A stretch of 64,000 nucleotides of DNA, from contig NC_086107.1 of NCBI RefSeq assembly GCF_963921235.1, positions 111,540,001-111,604,000 of the forward strand. The letters run 5' to 3'. This DNA is from Mobula hypostoma (taxonomy: Eukaryota). Below the pieces are notes generated by a model. That model searched no databases and was not told the DNA's origin. It saw only the letters and a list, made by a program, of their open reading frames with translations. This document shows positions 62,526 to 64,000 of this stretch, one piece after another. Both the position numbers and the translations under genes were made by a program. Positions within the stretch are counted from its first letter, which is position 1. Each line of letters begins with the position of its first letter.

Positions 62526-63544
62526 GCTCTTGAACAAAAGGGGATAACTACACTCGCTTGCCCCATCATTGAGGTGTTCCCACAACTAATGATCTCACAT
62601 TAAAGACGCTTTATCTTGTTATCTCACGTTCGCATTATTTATAACTATTTATTTATATTTGCATTTGCACAGTTTGTTGTTTTCTGCACTCTGGTTGATC
62701 TTTGATTGACTCTGTTATAGTCATAGTCATACTTTACTGATCCCGAGGGAAATTGGTTTTCGTTACAGTTGCACCATAAATAATTAAATAGTAATAAAAC
62801 CATAAATAATTAAATAGTAATATGTAAATTGTGCCAGGAAATAAGTCCAGGACCAGCCTATTGGCTCAGGGTGTCTGACCCTCCAAGGGAGGAGTTATAA
62901 AGTTTGATGGCCACAGGCAGGAATGACTTCCTATGACGCTCTGTGTTGCATCTCGGTGGAATGAGTCTCTGGCTGAATGTACTCCTGTGCCCACCCAGTA
63001 CATTATGTATTGGATGGGAGACATTGTCCAAGATGGCATGCAACCTGGACAGCATCCTCTTTTCAGACACCACCGTCAGAGAGTTACTATTCTTTAGATT
63101 TGCTGAGTAATAATATTAATAATATTAGGGCAGTGGAGTGATTAGCACAGCATCAAAACTCATAACTTTCTGTAGATGTGTAGTTGAAAGCATGCTAAAA
63201 AGCTGTGTCCCTATGTGGTATAGAAACTGCAGGAAAGCTCTACTACAGGGAATTAAAACTACCCAACGTATCACCAGCAGCTTACTCAACATCAAGAACT
63301 TTTATAAAGAAAGGTGCCAGAAGAAGGCTAGCCATATCATAAATGATTCGACCCATCCCAAGCAGTTCATGGACTCATCGGGGAAGAGGCTACGTAACAT
63401 CCACGCCAGGACCACAAGACTCCAAAACAGTCCCTTTCCTCAAGCAGTAAGGCTGATCAACACCTCCACCCACTAACCCACCTCTACTTTATTATTTCCT
63501 GTCAGTCACTTTATGCGCAACCTAGTGTCACTTTATGGGTATAC

Positions 63545-64000
63545 AATCAGCCGATTAGGAAAAGGGGAGGTGCAATGAGACCTGGGTGTCATTATACACC
63601 AGTCATTGAAAGTGGGCATGCAGGTACAGCAGGCGGTGAAAAAGGCGAATGGTATGCTGGCATTTATAGCGAGAGGATTCGAGTACAGGAGCAGGGAGGT
63701 ACTACTGCAGTTGTACAAGGCCTTGGTGAGACCACACCTGGAGTATTGTGTGCAGTTTTGATCCCCTAATCTGAGGAAAGACATCCTTGCCATAGAGGGA
63801 GTACAAAGAAGGTTCACCAGATTGATTCCTGGGATGGCAGGACTTTCATATGAAGAAAGACTGGATGAACAGGGCTTGTACTCGTTGGAATTTAGAAGAT
63901 TGAGGGGGGATCTGATTGAAATGTATAAAATCCTAAAGGGATTGGACAGGCTAGATGCAGGAAGATTGTTCCCGAAGTTGGGGAAGTCCAAAACGAGGGG
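63545..64000 (+). mobile_element. CR1 RT C-terminal fragment running off the window
   Basis: LVRPHLEYCVQF*SP, RRFTRLIPG, RLRGDLIEMYK motifs. Confidence 0.92.

Overview
Repeat-saturated, non-genic (intronic or intergenic) eukaryotic DNA. The repeat mix (CR1 LINEs, V-domain HE1-type SINEs, Rex1/Babar, Penelope-like, RTE-derived, Tc1, hAT, Harbinger) suggests a cartilaginous fish, probably a ray; this is an inference. No intact host protein-coding gene can be supported. The long ORFs I could assign are decayed transposon fragments, antisense shadows or microsatellite read-through. The main landmarks are a full-length decayed IR/DR Tc1 transposon (17138-18758), a 5'-truncated Gypsy chromovirus with its 3' LTR (~46630-52360), several multi-kb CR1 copies, and MITEs and a solo LTR with clear target-site duplications (TSDs). 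The most striking signal is RNA structure. Two unrelated non-autonomous RTE-type retroposon families begin, at their TSD-defined first nucleotide, with a hand-foldable HDV-like ribozyme, and both carry an extra hairpin inserted in loop L3 (428-621; 31898-32068, 29467-29613, 44484-44669). A third family may share the topology. Penelope-like repeats add about ten minimal hammerhead motifs, one fully intact (46146-46185). All folds were derived by eye and need computational and biochemical testing.
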